Of a DNA stretch of 64,000 nucleotides, positions 50,415 to 60,356 are shown piece after piece (position 1 is the stretch's first letter; each line of letters opens with the position of its first letter). Source of the stretch: Heterodontus francisci (lineage: Eukaryota); the NCBI RefSeq assembly GCF_036365525.1, contig NC_090418.1:5743492-5807491 (forward strand). Direction: 5' to 3'. Under the pieces are notes generated by a model. That model saw only the letters and a list, made by a program, of their open reading frames with translations. It searched no databases and was not told the origin of the DNA. The translations under genes and the position numbers were made by a program.

Positions 50415-50825
50415 GAACACAGCAACAGGAGGGAGGCCATTCGACCCCTCAAACCTGTTCCAATATTCATTCAGATCATGGCTGATCTGTATCTTAACCC
50501 CATCCACCCACCTTGGTTCTGTGACCTTTAATCTCCTTACCTAACAAAAACCTATCAATCTCAGTTTTGACATTTTCAATTGACCCCCAGCCTCAACAGC
50601 TTTTTTGGGGGGAGAGAGTTCCAGATTTCCACTCCCCTTTGTGTGGAGAAGTGCTTCCTGACATCATCCCTGATCGGCCTGGCTCTAATTTTAAGGTTCT
50701 ACCCCCTTGTTCTGGACTGCCCCCCCCCCCCCCCCCCCCACCCACCAGAGGAAATAGTTTCTCTCTATCGACCTGATCAAATCTTAACCACCTCGATTAG
50801 ATCACACTTTACTCTTCGATATTCA
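50415..50825 (-). mobile_element. CR1 3' fragment
   Basis: Tail and C-terminal motifs similar to 38172-38620. Confidence 0.8.
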
Positions 50826-51001
50826 AACGTAATGCAATCTGCCTTTTCTTTGCATGTTGCTGTTTTTTTTAATTTTCCTTTTTAAATGTAATGACTGGAT
50901 TGTAAAAACAGAACAATTTTCATGGGAATTTGCAGTGAAGTTTCAAACAGAGTGGAAATATTTTTTTTCCGTGTCCTTGACGTCTTTCCCCCTTCAATCA
51001 G

Positions 51002-51174
51002 GCTGCCAAACATCCAGCTCAACCGTCCCAAGTTTGTGATGATGGCATCGTGCGAGTCGCCGGTCACCCTGTACAAGCGATTCACAGTCAAATACACGCT
51101 CCTGAATAACCTGCAGGACTTCCTCGCTGTTCGGCTGGTGTGGACTCCAGAGAGTGCCCTCAGCTTGCAGGCGG
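51002..51174 (+). CDS. TRAPPC14: TRAPPC14 exon 8 (LPNIQLNRPKFVMMASCESP...LLNNLQDFLAVRLVWTPESALSLQA)
   Basis: Acceptor ttcaatcag; donor GCGG|gtgagt; 173 nt, phase 2 to 1. Confidence 0.94.
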
Positions 51175-51472
51175 GTGAGTATTGAGGCAGCCGGGCGGCT
51201 GAGGGATGAGCCTTGTGCGTCATTTTCACGCCAAAATAGTATTGAGGGGGAATTCCTCAGCTTGGCATATTTCTGTGCCATTCTTTAACAAGAGGACAGA
51301 CAGTAGGCAGCCTGTAGCCAATGGTGCTGTCTGGAGTGACACTGGGGGCAACAGTCATTAAATTGCATTTAATATTTATTGTAGAAATCTAGCACTAGGG
51401 ACCACATAGTGAAGTGTATCATAATTTAGTAAGGATTTAATAAGTATTTATTTTATATCAATTAACTAATTA

Positions 51473-52383
51473 GTGATAGAAATGTCAGTTAGAGGGGTGA
51501 AGTGCTTCACCTGTGAGATGTGGGAGGTCCGTGACGCTTACAGCGTTCCGGGCGACTACATCTGCAGGAAGTGTACCCAGTTGCAGCTCCTCACAGACCG
51601 CATGGATGAGTTGGAGCATGCAGGTGGCGGAAAGCGTCATAGACAGGAGTTTTAGAGAAGTGGTTACACCCAAGGTGCAGGCAGATAGATGGGTGACCGC
51701 TAGAAGGGGCAGGCAGTCAGTGCAGGAATCCCCTGTGGTTATCCCCCTCTCTAACAAGTATACCGTTTTGGATACTGTTGCGGGGGATGGCCGATCAGGG
51801 GAAAACAGCAGCAGCAGCCAGAGCAGTGGCACCACGGCTGGCACTGTTCAGCAGGGAGGGACAAAGCGCAGAAGAGTAATAGTTATAGGGGACTCTATAG
51901 TCAGGGGCACAGATAGGTGCTTCTGTGGACGTGAAAGAGACTCCAGGAAGGTATGTTGCCTCCCTGGTGCCAGGGTCAAGGATGTCTCTGAACGGACAGA
52001 GGGCATTCTGAAGGGGGAGGGTGAACAGCCAGAGGTTGTAGTACACATCGGTACCAATGACATAGGCAGGAAGAGTGATGAGGTCCTGCAGGGGGAGTTT
52101 AGGGAGTTAGGTAGTAAGTTAAAAAAACAGGACCTCTAGGGTTGTAATTTCTGGATTACTCCCTGTGCCACGTGCCAGTGAGGCTAGAAATAGGAAGATA
52201 GTGCAGCTAAACACGTGGCTGAGCAGCTGGTGTAGAAGGGAGGGTTTCAGATATCTGGACCATTGGGCTGTCTTCAGGGACAGATGGGACCTGTACAAGA
52301 AGGACGGATTGCATCTAAACTGGAAGGGTACTAATATCCTGGTTGCAAGGTTTGCTAGCGTCACTCGGGAGGGTTTAAACTAG
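51473..52383 (+). pseudogene. CR1 ORF1: N-terminal CxxC-CxxC zinc-finger-like motif plus SGNH esterase domain, frameshifted
   Basis: CFTC...CRKC; VIGDSIVRG, HIGTNDI, DGLHL; split over three ORF-track segments. Confidence 0.88.
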
Positions 52384-52384
52384 T

Positions 52385-55305
52385 GTGGCGGGGGGTGGGA
52401 ACCAGAGCAGTAGGACAGCTAGTGAAGTAAATGAGGAGGACATCGTAAATAAGGCCAGTAGGACTAAGAGGAAGAGCAGGCAGGGAGATGTTGCTGAGCA
52501 CAGCGGGACCGGTGGTCTGAAGTTTTGTCCTTGGTCTGGCATTTGTTTCAACACACGAAGTTTAACAGGTAAGGCAGATGAACTTAGAGCTTGGATTAGT
52601 ACTTGGAAATATGATGTTGTTGCTATTACAGAGACTTGGTTGAGGGAAGGGCAGGAGTGGCAGCTAAATGTTCCAGGCTTTAGAAGCTTCAGGCGGGATA
52701 GAGGGGGATGTAAAAGGGGTGGAGGAGTTGCATTACTGGTTAAGGAGAATATCACAGCTGTACTGCGGGAGGACACCTCGGAGGGGACGTGCAGCGAGGC
52801 AATATGGGTGGAGCTCAGGAATAGGAAGGGTGCAGTCACGATGTTGGGGGTTTACTACAGGCCTCCCAACAGCCAGCGGGAGGTAGAGGAGCAGATATGT
52901 AGACAGATTTTGGAAAGATGTAAAGGTAACAGGGTTGTAGTGGTGGGTGATTTTAACTTCCCCAATATTGACTGGGACTCACTTAGTGCTAGGGGTTTGG
53001 ATGGGGCAGAATTTGTGAGGAGCATCCAGGAGGGCTTCTTGAAACAGTATGTAGATAGTCCAACTAGGGATGGGGCCATTCTGGACCTGGTATTGGGGAA
53101 TGAACCCGGCTAAGTGATCGAAGTTTCAGTGGGGGAGCATTTCGGGAGCAGTGACCATAATTCCATAAGTTTTAAGGTACTTGTGGATAAGGATAAGAGA
53201 AGTCCTCGGGTGAAGGTGCTAAATTGGGGGAAGGCTAATTATAACAATATTAGGCAGGAACTGAAGAATTTAGATTGGGGGCGGCTGTTTGAGGGTAAAT
53301 CAACATCTGACATGTGGGAGTCTTTCAAACGTCAGTTGATTAGAATCCAGGACCAGCATGTTCCTGGGAGGAAGAAAGACAAGTTTGGCAAGTTTCGGGA
53401 AGCTTGGATAACATGGGATATTGTGAGCCTAGTCAAAAAGAAAAAGGAAGCATTTGTAAGGGCTGGAAGGCTAGGAACAGACGAAGCACTTGAGGAATAT
53501 AAAGACAGTAGGAAGGAACTTAAGCAAGGAGTTAGGAGGGCTAAAAGGGGCCATGAAAAGTCATTGGCAAACAGGATTAAGCAAAAATCCCAAGGCTTTT
53601 TATACATATATAAAGAGCAAGAGGGTAACCAGGGAAAGGGTTGGCCTACTCAAGGACAGAGATGGGAATCTATGCGTGGAGCCAGAGGAAATGGGTGAGG
53701 TGCTAAATAAGTACTTTGCATCAGTATTCACCAAGGAGAAGGACTTGGTGGATGATGAGCCTAGGGAAGGGAGTGTAGATAGTCTCAGTCATCTCATTAT
53801 CAAAAAGGAGGAGGTGTTGGGTATCTTGCAAAGCATTAAGGTAGATAAGTCCCCAGGGCCTGATGGGATCTACCCTAGAATACTGAGGGAGGCAAGGGAA
53901 GAAATTGCTGGGGCCTTGACAGAAATCTTTGCATCCTCATTGGCTACAGGTGAGGTCCCAGAGGACTGGAGAATAGCCAATGTTGTTCCTTTGTTTAAGA
54001 AGGGTGGTAAGGATAATCCAGGAAATTATAGGCCGGTGAGCCTTACATCAGTGGTAGGGAAACTATTAGAGAGGATTCTTTGGGACAGGATTTACACCCA
54101 TTTGGAAACAAACAAACTTATTAGCAAGAGACAGCATGGTTTTGTGAAGGGGAGGTCGTGTCTTACTAATTTGATTGAGTTTTTTGAGGAAGTGACGAAG
54201 ATGATTGATGAGGGAAGGGCGGTGGATGTTGTCTATATGGACTTTAGTAAAGCCGCAAGGTCCCGCATGGCAGACTGGTGCAAAAGGTGAAGTCACACGG
54301 GATCAGAGGTGAGCTGGCAAGATGGATACAGAACTGGCTCAGTCACAGAAGACAGAGGGTAACAGTGGATGGGTGTTTTTCTGAATGGAGGGATGTGACT
54401 AGTGGTGTTCTGCAGGGATCAGTGCTGGGACCTTTGCTGTTTGTAGTATATATAAATGATATGGAGGAAAATGCAGCTGGTCTGATTAGTAAGTTTGCGG
54501 ACGACACAAAGGTTGGTGGAGTTGCGGATAATGATGAGGATTGTCAGAGGATACAGCAGGATATAGATCGGTTGGAGACTTGGGCGGAGAAATGGCAGAT
54601 GGAGTTTAATCCGGACAGATGTGAGGTAATGCATTTTGGAAGGTCTAATGCAGGTGGGAGGTATACAGTAAATGGCAGAGAGATCTGGGCGTACAGGTCC
54701 ACAGGTCACTGAAAGTGGCAACGCAGGTGGATAAGGTAGTCAAGTAGGCATACGGCATGCTTGCCTTCATCGGTCGGGGCATAGAGTATAAAAATTGGCA
54801 AATCATGTTGCAGCTGTACAGAACCTTAGGCCACACTTAGAATATTGCGTGCAATTCTGGTCGCCACACTACCAGAAGGACGTGGAGGCTTTGGCGAGGG
54901 TACAGAGGAGGTTTACCAGGATGTTGCCTGGTCTGGAGGGCATTAGCTATGAGGAGAGGTTGGAAAAACACGGATTGTTTTCACTGGAACGACGGAGGTG
55001 GAGGGGCGACATGATAGAGGTTTACAAAGTTATGAGCGGCATGGACAGAGTGGATAGTCAGAAGCTTTTTCCCAGGGTGGGAGAGTCAGTTACTAGGGGA
55101 CATAGGTTTAAGGTGCGAGGGGCAAAGTTTAGAGGGGATGTGCGAGGCAAGATTTTTTACACAGAGGGTGGTGAGTGCCTGGAACTTGCTGCCAGGGGAG
55201 GTGGTGGAAGCAGATACGATAGCGACGTTTAAGAGACATCTTGACAAATATATGAATAGGAAGGGAATAGAGGGATATGGGCCCCGGAAGTGCAGAAGGT
55301 GTTAG
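52385..55305 (+). pseudogene. CR1 ORF2: APE endonuclease plus reverse transcriptase, disrupted
   Basis: AITETWL, YYRPP, GDFNFPNIDW, SDHNS; NYRPVSLTS, QHGFVKGRSCLTNL, KFADDTK. In-frame TAA at 53111-53113 and several frameshifts. Confidence 0.92.
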
Positions 55306-55580
55306 TTTCGGCAGGCATCAAGATCGGCGTAGGCTTGGAGGGCCGAATGGCCTGTTCCTGTGCTGTACTGTTCTTTGTTCTTGCCAGGATCTGAAGCTGG
55401 AATGAGAGGTGTGGATGTGAATTCTGACTCGCCTATTGTGGGGGAAGAGTGCCCATTTTAGTAGCATTATGTTGGTTTGAAAATCAGCTATATGAGAGTG
55501 TTTATTAAGGACTGGGATTAGGCTGGGGTCCAACAGACCTGTCCCTTTGTGACTTTTTTTTTCATGTGATGTGAGCTGCC

Positions 55581-55908
55581 TTCTGAGCAAATGGCTTCCT
55601 TGGCCATTTCAGAGGGCAGTCAAGAGTCAGCCGCAATGCTGAGGGTCTGGAGCCACATGTAGGCCAGACCAGGTAAGGATGGCAGATTTCCTTCCCTAAA
55701 GGACATCATCCGATGTTGTTTTGCAACAATCCAGTAGTTTCATGGTCACCGTTACTGAGACCAGCTTTTTAATTCCAGATTTATTTAATTTAATTGAATT
55801 TAAATTCCTGCAGCTGCCGTGGTGGGATTTGAACTCGTGTCTCTGGGTCATCAGTCCAGGTCTCTGGATTACTCGTCCAGTAATCTAACCACTATGCTAC
55901 CGTACCCG
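55581..55908 (-). mobile_element. MetaSINE-type SINE copy
   Basis: Reverse complement of the 14758/56459 family. Confidence 0.72.
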
Positions 55909-56458
55909 GATCGATCTCTCAATATCTGTCAGTGCTTTCTCTCCAACTGACAGGGGAAAAATACGAAACAGTGGCAGAATCAAAACCTGATGAGATCTGT
56001 TCAGTTTTGTGAATTAAAACTTGTATATCCTCACCTATTTAAAGACCTGTACATGAAACTTTCCTAATGCATGGCTATGTAGCGGGCAACAGCGTCTTAA
56101 ACCTGCACTGACGCCAAATCAGATATTTCACTCGCTCGACGTCTGGGAGACGCGGCTGTTCAGTCACACTTGACGGCAGAAAGCATGCTTGAAGCAAAAG
56201 TGAGAGACCTGGAATGAGAGAACCAGCGGAGTAATGGGTGCAGTATGTGTGTACAAGCACTTAATACGCCTGCATTCGTTTGCTGCCTGGTGTTTGAAAG
56301 TGCAGAGGATCACTGTTGAACTGCAATGATTATTGTTTTGTGGGAAATGCAGCAATCCTCTGCACCAGTTGCATCCTGTGAACAGCAACGCGGTGAATGG
56401 CCAGTTAAACACGAGGGAGAGGGGAAGGAGTCTTGTGTGGGAGCATAAAAGGGGAACT

Positions 56459-56882
56459 GGTGGTTACTAGTGGTAATGTCACTCGACTAGTAATCCAGAG
56501 GTGTAGGCTAATGCCCTGGGGACTCTGGTTCAAATCCCACCATGGCAGCTGGTGGAATTTAAATTCTATAAGTTAATAAATGCAGTTAATTAATAAAAAT
56601 CTGGAATTGAAAGCCAGTCTCAGTTTCATTGCACCATTGCTACCATCGATTTGTCATTAAAAAAAACCTTCTGGTTCACTAATGTTCTTTCAGGGAAGGA
56701 AATCTGCCGTCCTTACCCGGTCTGGCCTACATGTCACTCCAGACCCACAGCAATGTGGTTGACACTCAACTGCCCTCTAAAATGGCTGAGCAAGCTAGTT
56801 GTCAAGGACAATTAGGGATGGGCAACAAATGCTGGCCTTGCCAGCGATACCCGAATCCCCATGAAAGATTTTTTTTTTTTTT
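56459..56882 (+). mobile_element. MetaSINE-type SINE copy
   Basis: B box ggttcaaatcc, central domain and tail as at 14758. Confidence 0.72.
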
Positions 56883-57089
56883 AAAACACCAGCATGGAGC
56901 TGTTGGGCTGAATGGCCTGTTTCCGTGCCGTAACACCTACGGGACTCACAGAGCTGCGAGCGGTTAACCCCTTTTCTGTCTGTCCTGTCTGGAGCTCACT
57001 TTGCTCCAGCTGCTGTGGTGTTTGCTGTTTGATTGATTCTTTCTGTGAGCCCTTGGCATTTAAGATCAACCATGTCTCTCTCTAATTAG

Positions 57090-57244
57090 GAAAGAAGCTG
57101 TCGGAAGAGGATCTCCGTGCAGCGGAGGCCACCCTGAACTCGGTGGTGTGCCACACGCCGCTCAACCACTTGGGCTACTGCAAGAAGGGCAGCACAGTGA
57201 CGTACAACGTAGCCTTTCAGGTGCTCCGCACAGGACTCTTTGAG
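57090..57244 (+). CDS. TRAPPC14: TRAPPC14 exon 9 (GKKLSEEDLRAAEATLNSVVCHTPLNHLGYCKKGSTVTYNVAFQVLRTGLFE)
   Basis: Acceptor tctaattag; donor GAG|gtaatg; 155 nt, phase 1 to 0. Confidence 0.93.
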
Positions 57245-57379
57245 GTAATGGGCCGCCACTTAAAGCCCACCATGTCGTTTAAAAATCATCTCCAAATTGT
57301 TTTTTTTAATTTTTATCGTCGTCTATTAGTTTTGCAAAGGATGGTAAGTTTCTTTTTAAAAAGGCTCTTTACAAAGTAT

Positions 57380-57770
57380 TTCCGGCACAGAAAGAGGCCA
57401 TTCGGCCCATCTGCTCTGTGCTGTTGTTTCTGCTCCACATGAGCCTCCTCCCACCCCTGTTCATCTCACCCTATCAGCATACCCTTCTATTCCTTTCTCC
57501 CTCATGTGTTTATCCAGCTTCCCCTTCAATGTATCCATATTATTCACCTCAACCACTCCCTGTGGGAGCGAGTTCCACATTCTCACCACCCTCTGGGGAA
57601 AGAAGTTTCTTCCGAATTCCCTGATTGGATTTATTAGTAACTACCTTATATTTATGACCCCTTAGTTCTGAGTTCACCCACCATTGGAAACATCTTCTCT
57701 ACGTCTACCCTTTCATAATCTTAAAGACCTCTATCAGGTCACCCCTCAGCCTTCTCTTTTCCAGAGAATG
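57380..57770 (-). mobile_element. CR1 3' fragment
   Basis: Reverse complement of the tail subfamily seen at 22740-23025. Confidence 0.75.
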
Positions 57771-58104
57771 TTCAGTCTTCTATCCATAACAAATCTGATA
57801 GTTATTCACAGTACGATTCCACTCTGTTAAACGTTGAAAAATAGCTTTTTCCTCCCATCATCCCTTCACAAACATGGTGTTCACATGTCACTGTACGGAC
57901 TGAACCATGCAGAGAAGAATCTTATTTGGATTTACGTGATTTCACACTTTTGATTCAGCGATTAAAATGGATACACCGTTTGTGTACTTTTTAAAACTAC
58001 AAAATGCTGGAATTTAAACAGCGAATCTATCAGCATCTGTAAACTGACTAGGCAGGTTCATGTTTTGCATCTCGGATCTGCAAAGCTGAGAGCCACTCGA
58101 GAAC

Positions 58105-58795
58105 GATGAAGCAGAGGAGGAGGCCATTCGGCCCATCGTGCCCATGCCAGCTCTTTTGAAAGAGCCATCCAATTTGTCCCAGTCCCCTTAGCCCTGCAAT
58201 ATTTAATCTTTAAAATATTTATCCGTTTCCCTTTTGAAAGTTACTATTGAATCTGCTTCCACCGCCCTTTCAGGCAGCGCGTTCCAGATCATCACAACTT
58301 GCTACATAACAATATTTCCTCATCTCCCCCCTGATTCTTTTGCCAGTTATCTTAAATCTGTGTCCTCTGGTTACAGATCCTTCTGCCAGTGGAAACAGTT
58401 TATCCCTATTTCTTCACTGAAAAGCTTGTGAATCTTGGGAATTCTCTATCCTCAGTCGTGAAGTATATTCAAGAGTGAGGTGGATAGATTTTTAGTCACT
58501 AAGGGAATCAAGGCACATGGGGAGAGGACGAGAAGGTGGAGTTGTAGTAAAGGATCACCCGTGATTGTATTGAATGGCAGAACAGGCTCGAGGGGCCGAA
58601 TCCCGCCCCTATTTCTTATGTTATCTACTTGATCGAACCTCTGTCATTCTGAACGCCTCTATTCAATCTTCCCTTAACCTTCCCTGCTCCAAGAACAATC
58701 CCAGCTTCTCCACTCTCTACACATTCACTGAAGTCCCTCATCCCTGGGACCATTCCAGTAAACCACCTCTGCACCCTCTCCAAAGCCTATCCTTG
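58105..58795 (-). mobile_element. CR1 fragment with a nested + strand CR1 3' end (about 58425-58620)
   Basis: Orientation switches between CR1 motifs and then resumes. Confidence 0.65.
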
Positions 58796-59178
58796 CTACA
58801 ATATGTCCAGAAGTATGTAATGCTGCACAAATCCTCAGTGTCATTTTTTTTCTTCATCAACATCTGTCCAGCTTTTGTTAATATCCACTATTAATATGTA
58901 AACTAATGATGAGAAAAATGTGCAGAGCTTTCCTGTATTCATGCTAATTAATTCAACAATATTTGTTTGGTGTGATTACAATTCCGGTAAGTTTCTTACC
59001 TACAATTAACTATATACATACCGTAACCTCCAACAATCTTGATCATTATTTGATGTTTTTAAACTGCGCATCAGCACCAAGAGATTGAATGTTGTTCTGT
59101 TGTCTTCTCTGTTTGTGGTCTGACCCTGCTCTCCTTTCTTTATTCTCTCCCTCCCTCCGCCCCGCTCCCTCCCACCAG

Positions 59179-59375
59179 CTGAGCCAACACATGAAGCTGA
59201 AATTACAATTCACTGCCAGCGTGACGAACCCGCCCCCTGAGGCCCGGCCAGTTTCCCGGAAGAACAGCCCTGGCAGCCCGGCAGTCCGAGACCTCATGGA
59301 GCGTCACCAGGCCAACCTGGGCCGGTCACAGTCCTTCTCCCATCAGCAGCCCTCACGGAGTAGTCACCTGATGAG
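59179..59375 (+). CDS. TRAPPC14: TRAPPC14 exon 10 (LSQHMKLKLQFTASV...RSQSFSHQQPSRSSHLMR)
   Basis: Acceptor cccaccag; donor AG|gtaagg; 197 nt, phase 0 to 2. Confidence 0.95.
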
Positions 59376-60202
59376 GTAAGGATGCTGCGAAAGGTAATAA
59401 ACCAGTACAAGGAGGCCATTCTTCTCATTGTGCTGTCTCTCTGAAAGAGCTATCCAATTACGTACACTCCCCTGCTCTTTCCCCCACATCCCTCCAAATT
59501 TCTCTCCTTCAAGCATTTATCCAATTTCCAGGCAGCACATTCCAGATCACAACAACTCGCTGCGTAAAACAAATTCTCATCTCCCCCATCTCTGGTTCAT
59601 CTGCCAATTATCTTACATCTGGCCTCTTGAGTATCCCCGATTTTTATCGCTGCATCATTGATGGCTGTGCTTTCAGTTCCCTGGGCCCCAAGCACCAAAA
59701 TCCCTTCCTAAACCCCTCCGCTAGATTCAAGAGGCCAGAATTGGAGGAGAGCAGATCTCTCGGAGGGTCGTGCGGCTGGTGGAGATTCCAGAGATGGGGA
59801 GGGAGTGAGGCCATTGAGATGAGAATTCGAAAATCGAGGAGTTTGCACATGAATGTCAAGCATTTGCAGTTTATTAAAAGCTGAATGTTACACACTCACG
59901 GCCAGCACCAAGGTTGCAAAAGAAGTTTTCCGCAGAAGTTAACACATTTCAGTTGGGTGACCTGAACTCTCCAGATTTCCCCTTCAACTCCCAACCTCCC
60001 ATTTCAATCTCGATCCTGACCTCCGTCCAACATCTCCTTCCATTATGGAATTGCTCCTCCCCCTCCCTCCCCCCCCCCCCCCGAGCCCCACCCCATTCCC
60101 GCTGGCGTTACGCACCCACCCTGAGCCGCTTAATTCTTCCCAGATTCTCTCCCCTGCCCCTCGTGACGTTGCCTCTTTTCTTTTCATTGCTTCTCTACTC
60201 AG

Positions 60203-60356
60203 GACTGGGAGCGTGATGGAACGCCGAGCAATCACTCCCCCTGTCGGGTCTCCGATCGGCCGTCCGCTCTACCTCCCCTCTGAGAAGGCGGTGCTGTCCG
60301 TGGACAAGATTGCCAAGCGCGAGTGCAAGGTGCTGGTGGTGCAGCCTGTAAAGTAG
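60203..60356 (+). CDS. TRAPPC14: TRAPPC14 last coding exon 11 (TGSVMERRAITPPVGSPIGRPLYLPSEKAVLSVDKIAKRECKVLVVQPVK*)
   Basis: Acceptor ctactcag; TAG stop at 60354-60356; C-terminus matches the family. Confidence 0.95.

Larger units (their letters stand above)
51350..55383 (+). mobile_element. Near-full-length CR1 LINE (inactive) in intron 8, sense orientation
   Basis: ORF1, ORF2 and 3' tail ending tgttctttgttcttg; 5' boundary is approximate. Confidence 0.93.
22305..60356 (+). other. TRAPPC14: TRAPPC14 (C7orf43/MAP11) gene, 5'-partial: 10 coding exons, exon 1 not found in window
   Basis: Exon lengths 96+130+87+121+148+83+173+155+197+154=1344 nt. All introns are GT-AG with compatible phases and there is no internal stop. 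The peptide from VEEPIISNDEVIFPL to DKIAKRECKVLVVQPVK* matches the vertebrate TRAPPC14 sequence as I recall it. Confidence 0.95.

Noticed and set aside
59368-59398. CTGATGA...GAAA hammerhead-like boxes across the exon 10 donor
   Set aside because: Helix II and helix I do not pair. The sequence is explained by codons L-M-R plus the splice donor.
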